From the NCBI GenBank assembly GCA_002720895.1, contig PBIP01000012.1:1-48628 (forward strand): a DNA stretch of 48,628 bases, written 5' to 3'. The DNA comes from Pelagibacteraceae bacterium (lineage in GTDB: Bacteria; Pseudomonadota; Alphaproteobacteria; GCA-002720895). Under the pieces are notes generated by a model. It searched no databases and was not told where the DNA came from. It worked only from the letters and a program-made list of their open reading frames with translations. Below are positions 47,917-48,628 of this stretch, piece after piece (positions within the stretch are counted from its first letter, which is position 1; each line of letters begins with the position of its first letter). The translations under genes and the position numbers were made by a program.

Positions 47917-48628
47917 TGAAAAAAAACTTTTTATTAGCTTTTATTGGTGGAAGTGGTCTTTACCAAATTGAGGATTTAAAGAATCAAAAATGGATAAAAG
48001 TTAATACACCATGGGGGGCTCCTTCAGATAAAATTTTAACAGGAATCATTGATGGGATTAAGGTTTTATTTTTGCCTAGACATGGAAGATTTCACATATA
48101 TAACCCCTCAGAAATAAATTATAGGGCAAATATATATGCTCTAAAAAAACTTGGTGTTACAGATATAATATCACTTTCGGCATGTGGCTCATTAAAAGAA
48201 AAATTATCTCCAGGAACATTTGTATTAATAGATCAATTTATAGACAAAACTTTTTTAAGAAAAAAAACTTTTTTTGAAGGTGGAATTGTTGCACATGTTC
48301 CTATGGGAGATCCAACAAGTAAGTCTTTAATAAAAGCGTGCGCTGAAGTTTTAAGAAAATTAAAAATAAAGTATCAAAATAAAGGAACCTATATTGCAAT
48401 GGAAGGACCACAATTCTCAACAAAAGTAGAATCTGAAAGTTATAGAAAACAAAAAATTGATGTAATAGGTATGACAAATATGCCAGAGGCTAAATTAGCA
48501 AGAGAAGCAGAGATAAGATACGCATCAGTATCCATGATTACAGATTATGATTGTTGGCATCCTGATCATGAAAACGTAGATGTTCAACAAGTAGTGAAAG
48601 TTTTGTTAGGTAATGCTGCTAAAGCAAA
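47916..48628 (+). CDS. mtnP: S-methyl-5'-thioadenosine phosphorylase, N-terminal ~237 codons; runs off the window end
   Basis: Not in the ORF track because it has no stop in the window. My translation from ATG 47916-47918 reads MKKNFLLAFIGGSGLYQIEDLKNQKWIKVNTPWGAPSDKILTGIIDGIKVLFLPRHGRFHIYNPSEINYRANIYALKKLGV...MEGPQFST..ES...GMTNMPEAKLAREAEI. These are PNP/MTAP family signatures. Confidence 0.85.
   Translation, partial: MKKNFLLAFIGGSGLYQIEDLKNQKWIKVNTPWGAPSDKILTGIIDGIKVLFLPRHGRFHIYNPSEINYRANIYALKKLGVTDIISLSACGSLKEKLSPGTFVLIDQFIDKTFLRKKTFFEGGIVAHVPMGDPTSKSLIKACAEVLRKLKIKYQNKGTYIAMEGPQFSTKVESESYRKQKIDVIGMTNMPEAKLAREAEIRYASVSMITDYDCWHPDHENVDVQQVVKVLLGNAAKA

Noticed and set aside
1-48628. Search for CRISPR arrays, tandem or interspersed repeats, IS elements, toxin-antitoxin pairs, and defence or secondary-metabolite clusters.
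   Set aside because: No repeat-spacer periodicity, transposase or integrase-like ORFs, or unexplained multi-gene blocks were seen. Every ORF over 60 aa on the supported strand has a housekeeping assignment. An exhaustive repeat search could not be run by hand.

Overview
This window reads as a densely packed, strongly AT-rich core-genome segment of a streamlined alphaproteobacterium. The taxonomic call is inference from gene content and order: CcrM methylase, separate F0 operon with b and b' subunits, plant-type GshA, DciA-like DUF721, aa3 oxidase and bc1 clusters. The style is SAR11/Pelagibacterales-like, with A/T homopolymers throughout; GC content was not computed. I can support 56 protein-coding genes (two run off the window ends), one tRNA-Gln(UUG) and two clear Shine-Dalgarno sites. 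Content is housekeeping: purD, xseA, a lipid A/LPS cluster (lpxL-like, lpxK, DUF374, msbA), pmbA/tldD, ubiA, rsmE, gshA, and an aa3 cytochrome oxidase cluster with assembly factors. It continues with thrC/thrB, redox proteins (DsbD-like, Prx5, DsbA-like, CDGSH), the F0 ATP synthase operon, smc, mutY, ccrM, rnhA/rnhB, ETF-QO, ispE, tspO, hemF, petABC and mtnP. Intergenic DNA is minimal, at most about 130 nt. I see no mobile elements, integrases, CRISPR arrays, defence-type genes, compositional islands or room for riboswitches. I find no convincing evidence of a novel multi-gene system; this looks like an ordinary core region. The points most worth a second look are these. (1) lpxK has its reading frame broken inside a homopolymer-rich stretch. 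(2) A TPR protein upstream of ispE is split by one in-frame TAA. (3) The SMC is unusually short (817 aa) with no recognisable hinge. (4) coxC sits between coxB and coxA. (5) An untracked 39-aa membrane ORF lies in the cox cluster. (6) Gene packing is extreme, with overlapping convergent stops and divergent start codons 6 bp apart. All long antisense ORFs in the track are rejected as shadow ORFs.
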